A DNA stretch of 63,999 bases, filler included, from Gonapodya sp. JEL0774 (GCA_027604505.1; 5 parts of 5 records of this genome joined end to end with filler, not necessarily neighbours in it); one strand, 5' to 3'. Shown: positions 48,771-62,697, counted from the first letter of the whole stretch. The notes: generated by a model from the letters alone, not told the origin. A program made the numbers and translations.

Positions 48771-51589
48771 CCAGCAGTTCGACTTGTAACTCAACAGGAT
48801 GAAGACATGCAAAGAGAGCGGACCACACAGAGCTCGTGATGATCGGGTGCACCCACCGTCAACATTCCCACATTTGGGCCCTCCAACGCGTCCATCTGTT
48901 GTACAGTAAGCTCGACCGACCTCTCGTCTCCGCTCCCCTCCGCTGAGGAGCCACCACTTGGCTCACTTGAATCGGCGTGTTCAAGGAAATGTCTCAGTTG
49001 CTGCTTGATTTTCTGCGCAGAAGAGAGTTCTGCGGAACTGGAAATCGGGGCCTTCGCATGATTCAACACAATTGCGTGTTCAACGTTTTGTGAGTAACGA
49101 ATGTTGCTCCGATGAAGCACCTACTTCAAAACCATTCATACTAGCGATCTCCAGGAACGTTGTCCAAGATGCATTCATGGATGCTGACGCTGTGCGGTAC
49201 GACGATAGTATCATGTTGAAGGGCACTGACACTTTCCCTTGAATCTTCTTGTCCGAGCTTTCCTTGTCAATGTACCGAACAACGTTGCCGACATACCTAA
49301 AACACAGCAAATGGATTACTTCTGCCATTGTTGGATCATGTGATGAAACACTCACAACCGCGCTTTCAGAAATCGAACGGCACATCGGACCAGATCAGTT
49401 CTTAGTGTGACCGGCAACCCCTTGGGAATAGATCCAGATGGCAAGATTGGTCGTCTGCAACTCAAATGCCAATGAACAACAGAACAAGCTTGGACCGAAG
49501 GGTTTCACAACGTTGCTCACTTCAGCGCTTCATCATCATCGCATCTGCAACTATAATTCCATATAATAATCATTGCAGGTGCAAAACATTGCACGTACTC
49601 ACTTAGCCGCAACAATTTTCCGGAAGTTCTCGTTGACATACTTTTCCAAGCCCCCGTAGTTCTCCTTGGCTGGGCTGAGCCGTCGTTCGTCGCCTTTGCT
49701 GTAACGGCGAATATCCATCCAGTCCAATCAAGCAGCAGACGCAAGGTTCTACCAAACAGATTAACTCACCGGTTCTTGGAAGGAGAGACTGACGCCAAAG
49801 AGATGGAGAGAAAAAATTGCAAAACTGCCAGTTGCAAGGGGCTGCAAAGGGGCAAGTATAATCTCACCACTACGCGACTTGGGAACTTGGGTTCTCGGAG
49901 CTTGTGTTGCGGTTTGCTTGCCGGTCACAGCCAAGGAAACTTCTCGCGAGTTGACGGCGGGCTTCGATCGGGTAAACTTGTTCTGTGAGCAAAGTAATGG
50001 CATTAATTTTCCCTGATAATAGCGTTCATGCACCATATAAGTCACTGTCGTGCCTCGTACCTCCCCCTTTCCGTCCGTTCTCTTCTCAAGAGTCCCAGAA
50101 GCGCTCCAGAGGGTGTCCTTGAGGACACCCATAGCACCAAACATCCGGTGCACAAGTTGGGAGGCTTGCTGTTCCATTATGGAGGTACTTGACGTTGCGG
50201 TGGGGTGCATGTGAAAGAATTGAAGAACGTCTTCAAAAGACCTTCCAAAACCATTACAGTAAACAGTGACGTGAATGACGAATCGCCAAAACTCTGAAAA
50301 GCTGCCTCTCACTGGTTTATCTGTACATCAAGAAAATAAACGACAATTATACTCTTTTGTATTCTTTTGAGGCCGCCGAAGTTGGGAGTCACAAAGTCGA
50401 CAGCGCTGAATGGTGAGTGGGAAACTAGATCGAGAACAGAAAGCTGGTGGCAAAGTTGAAGCTGAATTACGTGCCTTTTCGGTAGCCTGTGCAGGAAGGA
50501 CGTAGAGTGAGCAATGCATTCAACGTGGGGAACACACCCCAACCCTATCGAAAGATGGTTTTTCTCGGAACAAGAGTAGGACTGCACCACAACATGTTTT
50601 TCCGCTCCAATATAGAGCTTTACCTAATGTTATGGACTGTACTCACTGCAGCTCCTCTAGAATGACGTCAACGAAAGAGTGGCTCGGAATAGTGGGGAGG
50701 AGGGGACCTGTCGATCCATCGAGGGAATTACGATCTCGTGAGGAGAAAATCCTTGTCCAAACGTTATCGGTATCTGGATTACTTTGTTCTTCGGGTGCTT
50801 CTGGTTCTTGGGAGAGGCCCGTGGGCTGGAATGACGTTGGAGCAAAAGCGATCAAGGAGAACAGTGGGATGGACGGAGAAGGGTCAATGCAATGATGGCC
50901 AAAGCTTGCTTGTAGTGCTATAATTACCAGCGCGGCCATTTCACCGGACATATTTTGTGGTGAGGTGTTTTGGGTTGCAGGAGAAAGACGTCATCTCTTG
51001 TTCAGTGTCATTGAGACCTGGTCACCGAACCCATTTACATTGTAATGTAATCAACAAGAAAGTACACCAGTGTTCCCTTTTTATCAGTAAAAATTTCTAC
51101 ATTTAAAGTGACTGCACGACGCAAAAGGTCGCTTCCGAAATAAGCATTCGATTTCGACATAATAAATGAGCGTCATTCATACTACTAGGATTGGGCGATG
51201 GATTACATACCCGCGGAGCCTTCAAGTGCGCATGAGCGCAGGGAAGACCGTCGATTTGAATGAAATAGGCCGACAATTCAGAACAGTCTTTCAGCTTGTT
51301 GAATTCATTTACGTTAAATACAATAGAAACTAATAATGGGGAAGATTGATTGACGTGTTTGGCAATTTAATAAAGCACTCAGAGATTTGCGCTGTTTATT
51401 AGTCAAGCCCATCTGATTTGCATGAATGACAAAGCTGTGTAGAGTTTCTGGGTTGAACGATTGTTGTCAGTCTTTGTGCGACAAGAGTGAAGATTTGGTT
51501 TTGTGTGTTCGCAGGAGGGAACAACTGAAGGCTGTGCATTCGTTGTCCTTGCTTCTTCAGTCTGTGGTTCCCATGTACTTGCTTCCCCT

Positions 51590-52620
51590 TTCTCACTTAG
51601 TCCCTGCGGTTTCCCCCCGTCGTTGCTTCCCTGTTCTCGCTTACTCCTTACTTGCTTCCACGGTTCTCACTTTTCTCGTAATTGGCTCCAGTGTCCTTGC
51701 TTCTACCGTCCTCGACTTTCCAGTGCTCGCTTCCCCCGTCCGTGTTTCCCCCGTCATCGCTTTTGACGTACCTACTTCCGGTGTCCCTGCGTATCCCTGT
51801 CCTCGTTTCTTCCATTCTTGCTTCTAACGTACCGACTTCGCATGTCCTTGCTTACCCCGTCCTCGTTTCTCCCGTCCTCGCTCTTAACTTCCCTGTTTCC
51901 GTGTCCTCGCCTCTCCCGTCCTCGCTTCTAACTCACCTGCTTGCCGTGTCCGTTCTCACCACGTTCCCGCTTCTAACATACCTCTTTGCCGTCTCCATAC
52001 TTACCACGTCCTCGCTTCTCCCGTACCATTTTCCCATATGCTCGCTTCCAACGTACCTACTTCCCGTGTCCTTGCTACTACCGTCCTCCCTGCGCCAGTA
52101 CCTGCTTCCCATGTCCCCGCTCTGTCCGTCCTCGCTTCTCCCGAACTTCCTTCCCCTGACCTTGCTGTTCTCGTTCTCGCTTCTCCTATATGCTTTTGCC
52201 GTCCTCGCGTCTCCCATAATTGCTTCCCGTGTCCTTGTTTCTAGCGTAACCCCTTCCCGTTTTCTTGCTTTTGTGTTCTCGCTTTCCCCGTCCTTGCCGC
52301 ACTTGTTCGTGCTACTCTGGTCCTCGTTTCTCCCATCCTATTCTCTCCCGTACTCGCTGTTCCTGTCCTCGCTTCTTTGGTCCTTGCGTACCCCACCCTG
52401 CTTCTCGCGTCATGGCTTCCCCTGTCTTTGGTGTCGTATCTCCCGACGTCACATCTCCTGCTGTGCTCTCCCGTCGTTGCTTTTCCTGTCTCTCCTGTCT
52501 CCCATCTCTGGTTCGTTCCCGTTATACATTTCCTCCCTGTCTCTTATATCACGCGTCTCTTCTCCCTTTTGCTCCTCCCTACTTCCTTCCGACCTCCTGT
52601 CCCACTGGCCCGTGCTTCCA
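51590..52620. repeat. Degenerate 15-bp minisatellite in a pyrimidine-skewed tract
   Basis: CTCGCTTCCCCCGTC-like units (VLASP pentapeptide periodicity) with strong C/T bias on the + strand. Confidence 0.8.
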
Positions 52621-53549
52621 CTCTCCTCTGACAGTGAAAAATGTTCGGCGAACTTCACTTTTCATTGTGCGAGGCATTTGACGAGGAAACGGAAGTTTCC
52701 TCGTGGTTGACGGTTCTTATGTTTCATTTCCGAAGGGGATGCTTCGAGAGACGAGAAACCCGTTGGTAGCAGAGGGAGTACAGTTTGTTGTGTATCCTCT
52801 CTAGAATGCAAAATAAAAGAGTGGCACGAGGAGACGTAACGTGTATGAAATTTGAGAGGCTCAACCGTACATCTGGTCGGGGGGAAGAACCAGTCAAGGA
52901 TAAAACGAAGCCACAGATGCGACCCAAAAGGCTCGAAGATGTCCATTAGGGGCGTAGAAGTGGTCCGCCGTTTCCCGAGAACATCCTGCGTGATTTTGGA
53001 TCCACACCAACTCCAGCGACACAGGCGGTGACCAACTGGGGTACGGGAACGCTCGCTGAAGAGCAAACCACATTCTTGGGTCCATTGGCTTGGCGCGAGA
53101 GAAATTTGGCGTTAGATCGAGTCGAAATGGAGTTTTGCGGTTTCTGGGTTGAACGATAGTGGTGAGTGCTCATCAGTTGCATGCTGCAGTCCAACCTGAG
53201 CTTCGCAAATCAATGAAGAAAAGTCGACACTGAAACTCTGAAAGCAGAAAAGATGACGCTAAAAACGGGCCTTCACATTGCGTGCAATAGACTATAGTCC
53301 ACAGAAATGTCTCGAACAAGATACCGGTGGCTCTCTGAACATTCAACATGCAGCTTTATGTTGTGAAACGTCGCCCTAACAGGGAGGAGACGTGCCAGAA
53401 CATCTTATACACGTAGCCGTCATAGTATTTCCCGGTGAAAACAAAAATCTCTATCTGGAAAGCGCGTTCACTCTCGTGTAGGAGAAACGATTTGAATGTT
53501 TCAGAAGCGATTTGAATTAACATTCAAATCGACATTCAAATCGACATAA

Positions 53550-54953
53550 TTGACTCTTATCATTTGGTACTCGACAAAATAATATCTGGTGTGATCGTAG
53601 GCAGATGTTGGCGAAGACCGGTTGAGAAGCTCCAGCACCACCCAAAGTATCCAGATTGTGGAATCATGTACAAACGTCAATCCACCGCTGCTGCCACAAA
53701 GCGCTCTTCCAAGCTTGCCTCGGGAATAAAACGAAAAGTTCGGGCAGCCGCGGGTGCGGTTGTTTCGGCTCTCCTCTTTCTTGTCCCATGTCTTCCCGTG
53801 CGATCGCAGTCCGGAGACGAAGAAGAGGAACAATCGGGGATTGTACACAGTCTCCACTCAACTCCGACGACAGGAACCTTGAACCCTTCGGACGCTGTGA
53901 CGTCAAATTCGAGTTTCGGAAATGCCCCAGTCACATCGGACGTCACTGGTCAATCGAACTATGGCAGTAAGGGTCACGACTTGCAATTGTCTTTTTGATG
54001 CTGCATGTCTGCTTGATGCTGCGTGCCTCCCTCATTCCCACAGCTGGTACTGCCGCGAGACCTTCGGCTCTTCAAATTGTTGACATAGAGTGTGAACTGC
54101 GCCCCCTCAAAATTTCTACCGACGCAACAGACGAATTCAATTTGTCTCAAAAAACACCCACTGATATCTGTGGTGGCACCTTTATAAACCAAACAGGAGC
54201 TGGGGAACAAACTATCTGCCGAAGCTCTGTTGAGATAAACGATTTGTGTAGGTGCACGCACTGTCGACTTCGGAGGATCCTACTTGTGATGTTAATGGGT
54301 CGAATTAGCTTTACTTCCTGGCACCATATCTTTCGAGTCAGGTGTTAATGAGTCTCACATTCATGTTCCTAAACCCCCACTCTCGAACGAAGCAAACTCA
54401 ATTATCAACATCAAAGAATCAGTTATTCGTACAGTAACTCTGCAGTTGGACGGGGATCAAAACGGCTCACATTCCTCAACGGTCCAGGATGACACCAGTG
54501 CACCTGTTACAGGATCATCGCGAGTCGTAACAGAACCACGTTTATCCACGAAAAGAGCCGCTTCACTGTGCGCCAATGAAATTTCGCATTCAAAGAAACA
54601 TACGGTGCTCACAGAAACTGCAACCGATCCTTTCGAAGCTTGCAAAAAGTTGGAAACATGCCCCGGCGAACTGCGAAACACGGAATGTGATACCTCCACC
54701 GCAACCATTCAGAGCTCCGTGCCCGCAATCAACTGGTGCAAGTCAAAACTCAGTGATTTTGAAATTGTAAAACGGCTGGGTGTGGGAATGTCAGGTGAGC
54801 ATCTCCAGTGGAACTCTTCCACAGTGACGCAGACGTCAGTCAAACACACCCATTCAAATTTTAAAAGGCACGGTCTACCAAGTTTGTCACAAACAAACAT
54901 GCACACTCCTTGCTTTAAAAGTTCTCTCGCATGACGCCAACCAAGATGCGAGC
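53550..54953 (+). repeat. Recent direct duplication of the kinase gene 5' half (copy of about 45220-46617), truncated by the scaffold end
   Basis: Near-identical exons and introns with scattered substitutions and small indels. Confidence 0.93.
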
Positions 54954-55053
54954 NNNNNNNNNNNNNNNNNNNNNNNNNNNNNNNNNNNNNNNNNNNNTTA
55001 ATTAATTAANNNNNNNNNNNNNNNNNNNNNNNNNNNNNNNNNNNNNNNNNNNN
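54954..55053. other. Artificial scaffold spacer
   Basis: N run, TTAATTAATTAA, N run. Confidence 0.97.
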
Positions 55054-56371
55054 AGCTAACGGCAGGTCGAATGTTGTCTCAAATAGCGAACAAGCCGCAC
55101 CGCTCGGTGACAAGCAAAACGGATCTCCGGCAGTACATATTAGTCCCACAGCGTCCGTAGCTCTTCTCCAAGAGGTCATGAAGGATGATCACCCGAAGTC
55201 GCCTCAACACAACGATTCACCCCCCGATCCTGCCGAAGATGATCCCGCCGACGAAGCTTCTGATGATGAACCCGTCATCCGCCGGCGACCAACAGGCGAC
55301 GACGACAGCGATTCATGCGCTGAATCGGCTGACTCGGGTGATGAAGACGGACACAGGCAGAGAAAGGCGGCGACTGCATGGAACAACGCCGACGAAGAGG
55401 AGGAGATGAAGCCGAGGGCGCGGTGGCATTTTTGGCTCGATTTGGATCCGCCAAAGATGCTGGGGGATGTGGTTGAAGCGTGCATCGGAGCGTACGTTGC
55501 GAGTTTCCGTTCTGACGAAGCGACCGTTGGTATTGAACAACTCCCAAATCCATACCCCAACAGCGTCTTTGTTGACTCGGGCTTTTCCCTCCCCACTGTG
55601 CAAGCTGTTCTCTCGCGAGTGCTCATAGAGCCTCTCGTTGACTTGTACGTGACGCCGAATAGGATGCCCAGACACCCCGTCACGGCGCTGCATGAACTCG
55701 CACAGGCGAGGGGATGTTCGGCGATGAGAATAGAGTGAGTGGTCATGGCATCGTGGAGTAATGGTGTATTTTGGATGGTTGGGAATCACATTCACCTATT
55801 GGTCTCTGCTGCAACCTTTCCCTCCCTCACATCCAGTCTCATCGAACCTCCTCACATGCACACCACGTTTTCCACCACTGCCACGTCGCAGAAATTTTCC
55901 CTCCTGCCCGATGTCACCGCCAATGTTCTGATACACGGCACGCTCATCGCCACGAGCAAGGCTCGTAACCAGAAAGATGCTCGCAAACAGGCAGCTGAAA
56001 TGGCGCTTGAGGAACTGTGTACAAAAGATCAATGGTGGGAGACTGTGTGTACGTGTTGGGAGGAGAGGACGGCTGAGAAGGAGGCCCAACGTGCCAAAAT
56101 TGAGGGGGCCGGCGAGGACAACGAAGAGGAGGAAGTTGTGGAAGAGAGTGGAGGACAAATGGACGGGGAAGGTGATGAGGCAACGGTTGAGGAAATTCCG
56201 GCAGCGGAGGGGTTGGTGAAGAGAGTGGAGATTACGGGTAATATCTTAATGGCACAGGAAGGGTTTGAAGATCCTGATTCGAATATGAATCGAAAACTGG
56301 CAGGGAAAGAACCGGGAAATGGTATTGTGGCTCCCGATTTGGAAGAAGACATTGATGTTGTGGGACTATGA
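55054..56371 (+). CDS. Dicer-like RNase III, 3' portion (end of RNase IIIb plus dsRBD)
   Basis: PPKMLGDVVEACIGA, intron 55493-55563, VFVDSGF, HPVTALHEL, and dsRBD tail ARNQKDARKQAAEMALEEL. Confidence 0.85.
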
Positions 56372-57186
56372 AGTTCTACCACGTTTGTTTTGGTTGTCTT
56401 GTAATGACCCTCTGCCGATCATATCCCAAATTGACTCATATCATGTAGTATACAGAGTATTCAGTGTTCTGATAATAGCGTCATTGTTGCTATTGACGAG
56501 TTAATTTTACATTGGGGTCTGTACTCCTTTCGAGTGCGAGGGGACATGTAGGCCTCGCTGCACCCCCTCTTCTTCCAGCCCAATATGATCAGCTCTCTCA
56601 ATGACGACGCTTGCTACTTTGAAAAGGATGCTTTCTATCCAGTCGTAGATGCTGTTCAGAAATACAACTGTCGCAGTCATCGTGTTTCACACACAGGAGT
56701 TTGTACATAAGTCCGTGAAGCTTGGAGAATATAGCTAGATGCTCACAATCAGGCGTTCCATTCAAATCAACTGATCGTGTTCTATGATGGTGATGGATAT
56801 CATTCTCACCTCCTGACCGACAGAATGTGTTCCTCGTGTTACTGTGGTCCATCTCTTGAGGATTGAGGACTGTTCAAGGAGGTTCAGGGGAATCCTTTCT
56901 CGATCAGGGTTCTATCTTATTTGTAAGGAGGTCTCATCACGCCTTCCGCGGCTTTTTGGTGTCTCCAGAATTACAGGAGTTTCTCATTAGCTGTAGCACT
57001 GTACGGCACCTGGGACTAATCATCGGTTGCCGGTGATCGTTTATTTCTGAATGTCGGTGGTTCTGGCTGCTGACCCCATGTTATAGGTATGTACAGAAGC
57101 TTGCTTGCTCCACAACGCTTCATGATATTAGAAGTCTCAGCTCTATGTACACAATAATCGAATCTCTTTTGGTCGCTTTTTAACAC

Positions 57187-58716
57187 CTAATAATCTCCCT
57201 TGCCTCCAGACCGGGAAGTCCCCGGCCCCCACGGCCTCTTCACAAACACATCTCGCTCGATAAACTCGGCAACAGTCTTGATTTCATCAGGATGTGCGGT
57301 TTTCAAAGGAGGTGGAGCGGCAATCGGAGGATCTGGAGCGTCGGAAGCGGGAGTTGCAGTGGACGAAGGTGGTAGTGGTGTCGAGGTGAAGGTAATGGGT
57401 GGGAGAGGGGGTAAAGAAGGCAGGAGCGCCGAAGGGTGAGGGCGGAGGAAAAACTGGGGGCGGATGTGGAGTGGGAAAGATCTTTCGTGAACCACGATGC
57501 AATGTGGAGACGCGTCAGCAACACCTTCACTCACTGGCATGCTTATCCGTGCTTTACCCATTTCCCTCTCGTCCACATAATGCAGGCCAGGTGGAAGGGG
57601 TCGAATACCGTCACCACCTTTGGTCTCACCGCGCTCACTCCGCCTCACATGGTCCCTGATTCGCAACCTTCTCACCACCTCACTGAGCGTATCGCCCACC
57701 ATAACCAGCACCACCTCGTCCTCCACACCTTCCTTCCCGCAGACCAAGTCCTTCTCCACATCGACCCATCCGTCGCAACTGGGTCTTAAACCCACTAAGC
57801 CCGCCAAATTGCTCACTGGGCTGACTGTGATGAACCCCATGTCCGCGTGTAGGCCTGTGGCCGCACCACTGAGTCCGGGTACCCTTGATCCCGGCGGGCG
57901 GTAGTACTTGTACACTCTGAGTACCGACGGGCCCGGAAGAGTGACACCGTCTTCAGTCTTCTTTGGGGTTGGTTTGTCGATGGGATCGACCATGGCCAGC
58001 ACGATGGCAGCGTCATCGGGGGGTACAGACAGTCCGTGGAGGACGGAGGTGAGGAGGGTGTGCGAGAGGTGGTTGAGGGCGTCATGGAGTGCGGTGAGTG
58101 CAGTACGAAAGGTTTGGGGCTGAGTGGAAGTGGCAGGAGAGGATGAGTTGGTGTCATGAAGTTGGAAGTCGGGCCATGGAATGAGGGAGAATGGGTCGCG
58201 GGAACCGGTAGGAGGTATAAAAGGTGGAGATTCGGCTCGGGATTCGGTCGCAAATGCCTCCACCACTGACTCTGGGTTCGAATGTCGATCTTCGTCGGCA
58301 GAAGCACCTTTCACACCACTATCAGTCTGCGTCCGTGCGTTGCCAGCATCTGCAGCCACATCGTCACCTCCGGCTACATCCACACCCGCAGCTGGCGTGG
58401 TCCTCACTTGAAACCACTCCCTCGCCCCACTCCTCGCGTACCCCACGAACTTCCCCGTATCACCAAACTCCCTTCTCAACTTCTTCTTTTCGTCTTCGGG
58501 CGTTGCACCAAAGTACGCAAGCGCCGCCCTCCGAGCGGTTTGGAAAACGTCGGCGTAGTGAGGGTCGGTGCGAATGAGGGCATAACCGTGGGTGGCGAGT
58601 TCGTCGGCCAAGGTGCGAGATGCAGCGTTATAGTGGTCGGGTGGTGCAGAGGTAGGAGAAAGGTGGGCCAAGGGAATGCCCAAAGGCCCGTACTGAGAGG
58701 GAGGAGGGGGTGGCAA
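57187..58716 (-). CDS. 2-oxoglutarate/Fe(II) dioxygenase (isopenicillin N synthase-like)
   Basis: LATHGYALI, LRVYKY, HADMGFIT (HxD), distal H in LHYV and RIS; one probable intron near 57453-57533. Confidence 0.85.
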   Translation of the reverse strand: MPPPPPSQYGPLGIPLAHLSPTSAPPDHYNAASRTLADELATHGYALIRTDPHYADVFQTARRAALAYFGATPEDEKKKLRREFGDTGKFVGYARSGAREWFQVRTTPAAGVDVAGGDDVAADAGNARTQTDSGVKGASADEDRHSNPESVVEAFATESRAESPPFIPPTGSRDPFSLIPWPDFQLHDTNSSSPATSTQPQTFRTALTALHDALNHLSHTLLTSVLHGLSVPPDDAAIVLAMVDPIDKPTPKKTEDGVTLPGPSVLRVYKYYRPPGSRVPGLSGAATGLHADMGFITVSPVSNLAGLVGLRPSCDGWVDVEKDLVCGKEGVEDEVVLVMVGDTLSEVVRRLRIRDHVRRSERGETKGGDGIRPLPPGLHYVDEREMGKARISMPVSEGVADASPHCIVVHERSFPLHIRPQFFLRPHPSALLPSLPPLPPITFTSTPLPPSSTATPASDAPDPPIAAPPPLKTAHPDEIKTVAEFIERDVFVKRPWGPGTSRSGGKGDY

Positions 58717-60505
58717 GATGGGCGGAGAGCGGAGGAGGGTTGGAGGAAAGGAGGGGACGAGGATAGGTTCGTAAATGTCCCACTAGAACAAATCATAAGA
58801 GTAAGGGTACGTTAGTGTCACCGCCTTTACCACGTTGATCGAGCAGACCCAAATTTCCACGACATTTAAGCTTATGCGGGGGGTCTCCTTGGAGCGGTAA
58901 TTTTTGCTTGTGACCACACAGTCTCAATCCACCGTGTCTGCCAGGACACCTCATAGGTCATTCCAATCGTCCAATATAACCGCCCTTGTTTGATTGACTT
59001 TCTGGGGGTATACAGTTCGTCACTACCTCACCTCCCACCAAAGGCTCATCCAACAGATCCCAAATATTCTGATACTGAAATAACAGAAAGCGGCTCGTCT
59101 GGTGAAACATCACCCTCCGTCTCTCATTTGAGCGAATATCGCGGACAGTTGCAGCGCTTCACTTGGGCCCATTCACCGACAACTAGAACCAGCAAGACAG
59201 GTAACCAACTCACAGGAGGCAATCTTGGCAAGTGAAAGAATGGGAAATAGATCCCGGACCCAATCTTCACCCCAGTGATCGTCGTGTTTTCATCCAATCC
59301 GAGCCCATCTCGCAACTGCTTATGGACCGTCTCGATTTTGGCCAGCGGGAGCTCCACAGGTATTCTGAACACTTTTTCATCGTAGAGCAGGTTGTAGAAG
59401 CAGAACAGCGGTGGCGGCTGCACTCGCAAATTGTCCATGATTGACTCGGCCGGTGGTGGGTAAACTGGTTGACGCTGGTGAGGTGTTGATGAGGGGGTAG
59501 CATCGCCTGCTTGCGGGTCCTGCATCGGTGGAGTGGGTGGTGCTGGAGACATCATGGATGAATGGTGGAATTCGAAGCTGGGCTGACTCAACCCACAGCC
59601 ACAGCAAACATACAAATGAGCAATGCACTATTACAAACGGTGAGCAGCACGATGCCGAACAAGGCATCTTGTATCATGTCGAATACCAGAATTTTAGAGA
59701 GTGACCTCCAAGGTCGTCATCTGTTGAGTGAACCGGCGGCTGAGAGAGCGACCTTCGTCATGTTGTGCTCCGACGTTCAAGGTCAATTCGTCGTTCGTCG
59801 AGTTCAACTTTCGCCAAGAAGGATATGAAAATTTATGCCCTACAGCATCTGAGTGACTGCTTGTTATTCGTTACTACAAGTTGTCTAACTCTCACAACAC
59901 TGCCGGACCCGAGTACACTAAACGGCGAGCCTTTCGCCGCCACCCACGTTTCAAGAACGCGAGCAGCGTTTCCAGGGTGCGCGACGTGGACGCCGCTCGC
60001 CTTGGCACCCCGTCCTGCGTAATCCTCGGTCCTGCGTCTCCCCAGTCCCGCGTTTCCCCAGTCCCGTCCAGAACCCCCTCCTGATGGCAACGTGCACTGA
60101 CGCACGCAGTGGATGGCGCCGCGGACACCCAGGGGCCCGTGCGGACAGGTGCTTAAGAAGCGGCCACAACCGAGGCCAGACCGCCCCTCTCAGACACCTA
60201 GCCACCCACCGTTCCCTCCGACGGGAATGGCCTACTCCATACTTGCCCTTGCTTTGAAATTGGACAGTTCTTCGATGGTATCGTTGCGGCAGTGTGGGTG
60301 ATTTGCGGTCTGGAGAAGTGGGCGAATACACACGACAGGCGCCATGAGTTCTGCACGACTAACGGCTGAGAGGTAAAGGCGAAGCCAAGAAGAAGCGCGC
60401 ACTCTCACGCACTTGTGCTGTTGTTCGGGTTGCGCAGTCGAGGGCGTGGAATTCTGAAGAGCATGAAATGGTTTTGATGGTTGGATATGTTCGGTTTTGA
60501 GTACC

Positions 60506-62204
60506 CGCGTCTGGAAACCTGGGTCCCAAGTTAAGTGACCTTAAGTGCCATTAAGTGCCACGGTCACTTCACAACACTTGAATGGCATTTAAATGCATGG
60601 TCTGGAGTTCCAGTGTCACTTGAGTGGTCGCCGTTGCACTTAATTTGGGTTTGAGTGACATTCAAGTGACATGAGTGGCAGAGTGGCATGATCACCATTA
60701 CATGCCACTTCAGTATCTTTAAGTGCCTTTTAAGTGGCGCTGAGGATGCCAAGTGTACTCAATTTTAGTTTCCAGCACAGCCTGAGACTCGGGCCGCTGA
60801 ACTGACTAACTGCAAGCACATCACACACTTCCAGAGAGCTTATATATCGACCCCAAAGAACGTGGTTTAATGTGAAACTGTGAAAAATAATGCGCTCAAG
60901 CTGTTATGTCACTCAAGGCACGTTCAGTTTGCCTGCATATATTTGGTTTGTTTCGCATGTGAGTGAGTCATGTTGGCTTCCAACACCACACCACTTTTGC
61001 CGCAACACCAATCCCGGCGCAATCGAGCTTCGACGCCTCGAAATTGATATCCACCTCACTCAAAATATATGCTGGAGTGGGACTGTGGGGTGTCCCTGTC
61101 TCGGCAGCTTCTCATCCTCCCGTCTTCCACCAATCTTCCACGATTTTCTATTCTTCCATTTCCCCTCTATGCACCCGTATGCCGGCTCTTCTGTCTCGTT
61201 TCCTCATTCCCGAGCTGGCTATGTCCTATCTTTGCCGTATTCCGAGCGTAGGAACGACTTTCTCGCTCGCAGTGTTTGCTGGATCGAATCAACTGTTTCT
61301 CTTCTCCATTCCAGGTACAATCCGTTCTCAAACCGCCCGCGTCTGAACATATCTCTACACACGAGTAATTTTTCTGATTATGCCCATGCCTACTGTGCTA
61401 CCACGTGGTCTTTTGTTCGCGATTTTCGACCACTCGCCGTTTCCAATTGACAAGCAGAGTTTTACCCACGGGCACCGGAGTTTCCGGCTAAGGGAAGGAG
61501 AACTATGGTTGGTGATTTCATTCAGCCCTCTGCACCGTGTTCTTGTTTTGCCGTTTGCTTCTGTGATATCCTTTCGGCCTTCCCAATCCCCCATCTCGGA
61601 ACGCCGACAGAGTCTTACCATCCCCGTTCACACCCCTATCTGGAAGTTTGTGATCAATCGAGGCGATTTTCTCTCGCACTGGATTCAATTTCTTTAGGTG
61701 AGTTGAATGCCCCTCCAGCAGTTGTCTTGGAATTGGCATGGGAATTTCCCATAGTAGCACGGTGCCACTTGGTGGTTTTCTGGAACTTGAGACAGTTCGG
61801 TATGGAGGGTTTTGATTCATGGCCGTGGAGGATGGTTAGGCTGAAGCCTGGAGACGGAATAATTTGATGGTGCCCCGGATGGAGGTCTGAAACGCGAAAG
61901 ACCGCTCGTTATGGCTCTCTCTCCACGCTCCATGTACACTAGGTAGTAAACCAAGAACACATATTGACAATATATTAGCATTAAGTATAGTAGAGTACAA
62001 CTTGAGTACAAATTAAGTGCTCAGTTGTCTGGAACTTGAGGGGCACCACCGAGTGTCACTCAAGCGCCACGAGTCCACTTATGGTAGTTGAGTGGTAACC
62101 GCGGTCTTTAAGTGCCAATTAACTCCGGAGGGAGACACCTATGCCACTTAGGCTTTTAATGGCACTCAGTGGCACTTAAGGCCACTTACCAGTTTCCAGA
62201 CGCG
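60506..62204. mobile_element. Non-autonomous TIR element, or a pair of MITEs
   Basis: The left end CGCGTCTGGAAAC..TAAGTGACCTTAAGTGCCA is an inverted repeat of the right end TGGCACTTAAGGCCACTTACCAGTTTCCAGACGCG. Both arms carry many AAGTGCCA/TGGCACTT motifs. Confidence 0.7.
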
Positions 62205-62697
62205 CTAAGACTTTTCCCTGATTGGCTTCTTCAAATCGCTGGATCACAAACCGTTTTGGGACTTTCACTAATTTTTAGGAGTTCTCTAACTTGGAGAAAC
62301 AAGTTAGTTGGTGTTGTATCTTGTTCCATATATGTATCAGTTGAAACGGAGAGTTGATCGCTGGGGTAGAGACATCTTTCGTCATCAATTACTGCCCCTT
62401 TCGACATAAAAATGTTGTTAGAACAAGCTATAGCTTCTCCTGGTGTACCTGTCATTTGTGCAGCAACAGAATGATATTCCGGCGAGCAATATTCCGCAAC
62501 CGTGCAATCTCAACACCACTGTGGAAGGCTGCTGTGTGACACCGGCAGACAAACCCTATGATTTCTTTAGTCTATCGTTTAACAATGTCCTCATGGCAGC
62601 CTGAATATAGACAAGAGCAGGCACGTCTGGTCAGCTTGAATGACATAGATTTATCCTTTGCTGGAATATCATCCACCCCATGTATTGCTTTTTACAA

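Noticed and set aside
48790..50951. Spliced minus-strand gene, possibly transposase-associated
   Set aside because: Exon-like fragments are present, but there is no motif I can assign with confidence.
51682..52710. 342-aa hydrophobic ORF as a membrane protein
   Set aside because: It is a by-product of A-poor low-complexity DNA that rarely produces stop codons.
36764..56371. QIP-like exonuclease and Dicer as an RNAi cluster
   Set aside because: They are on different scaffolds.
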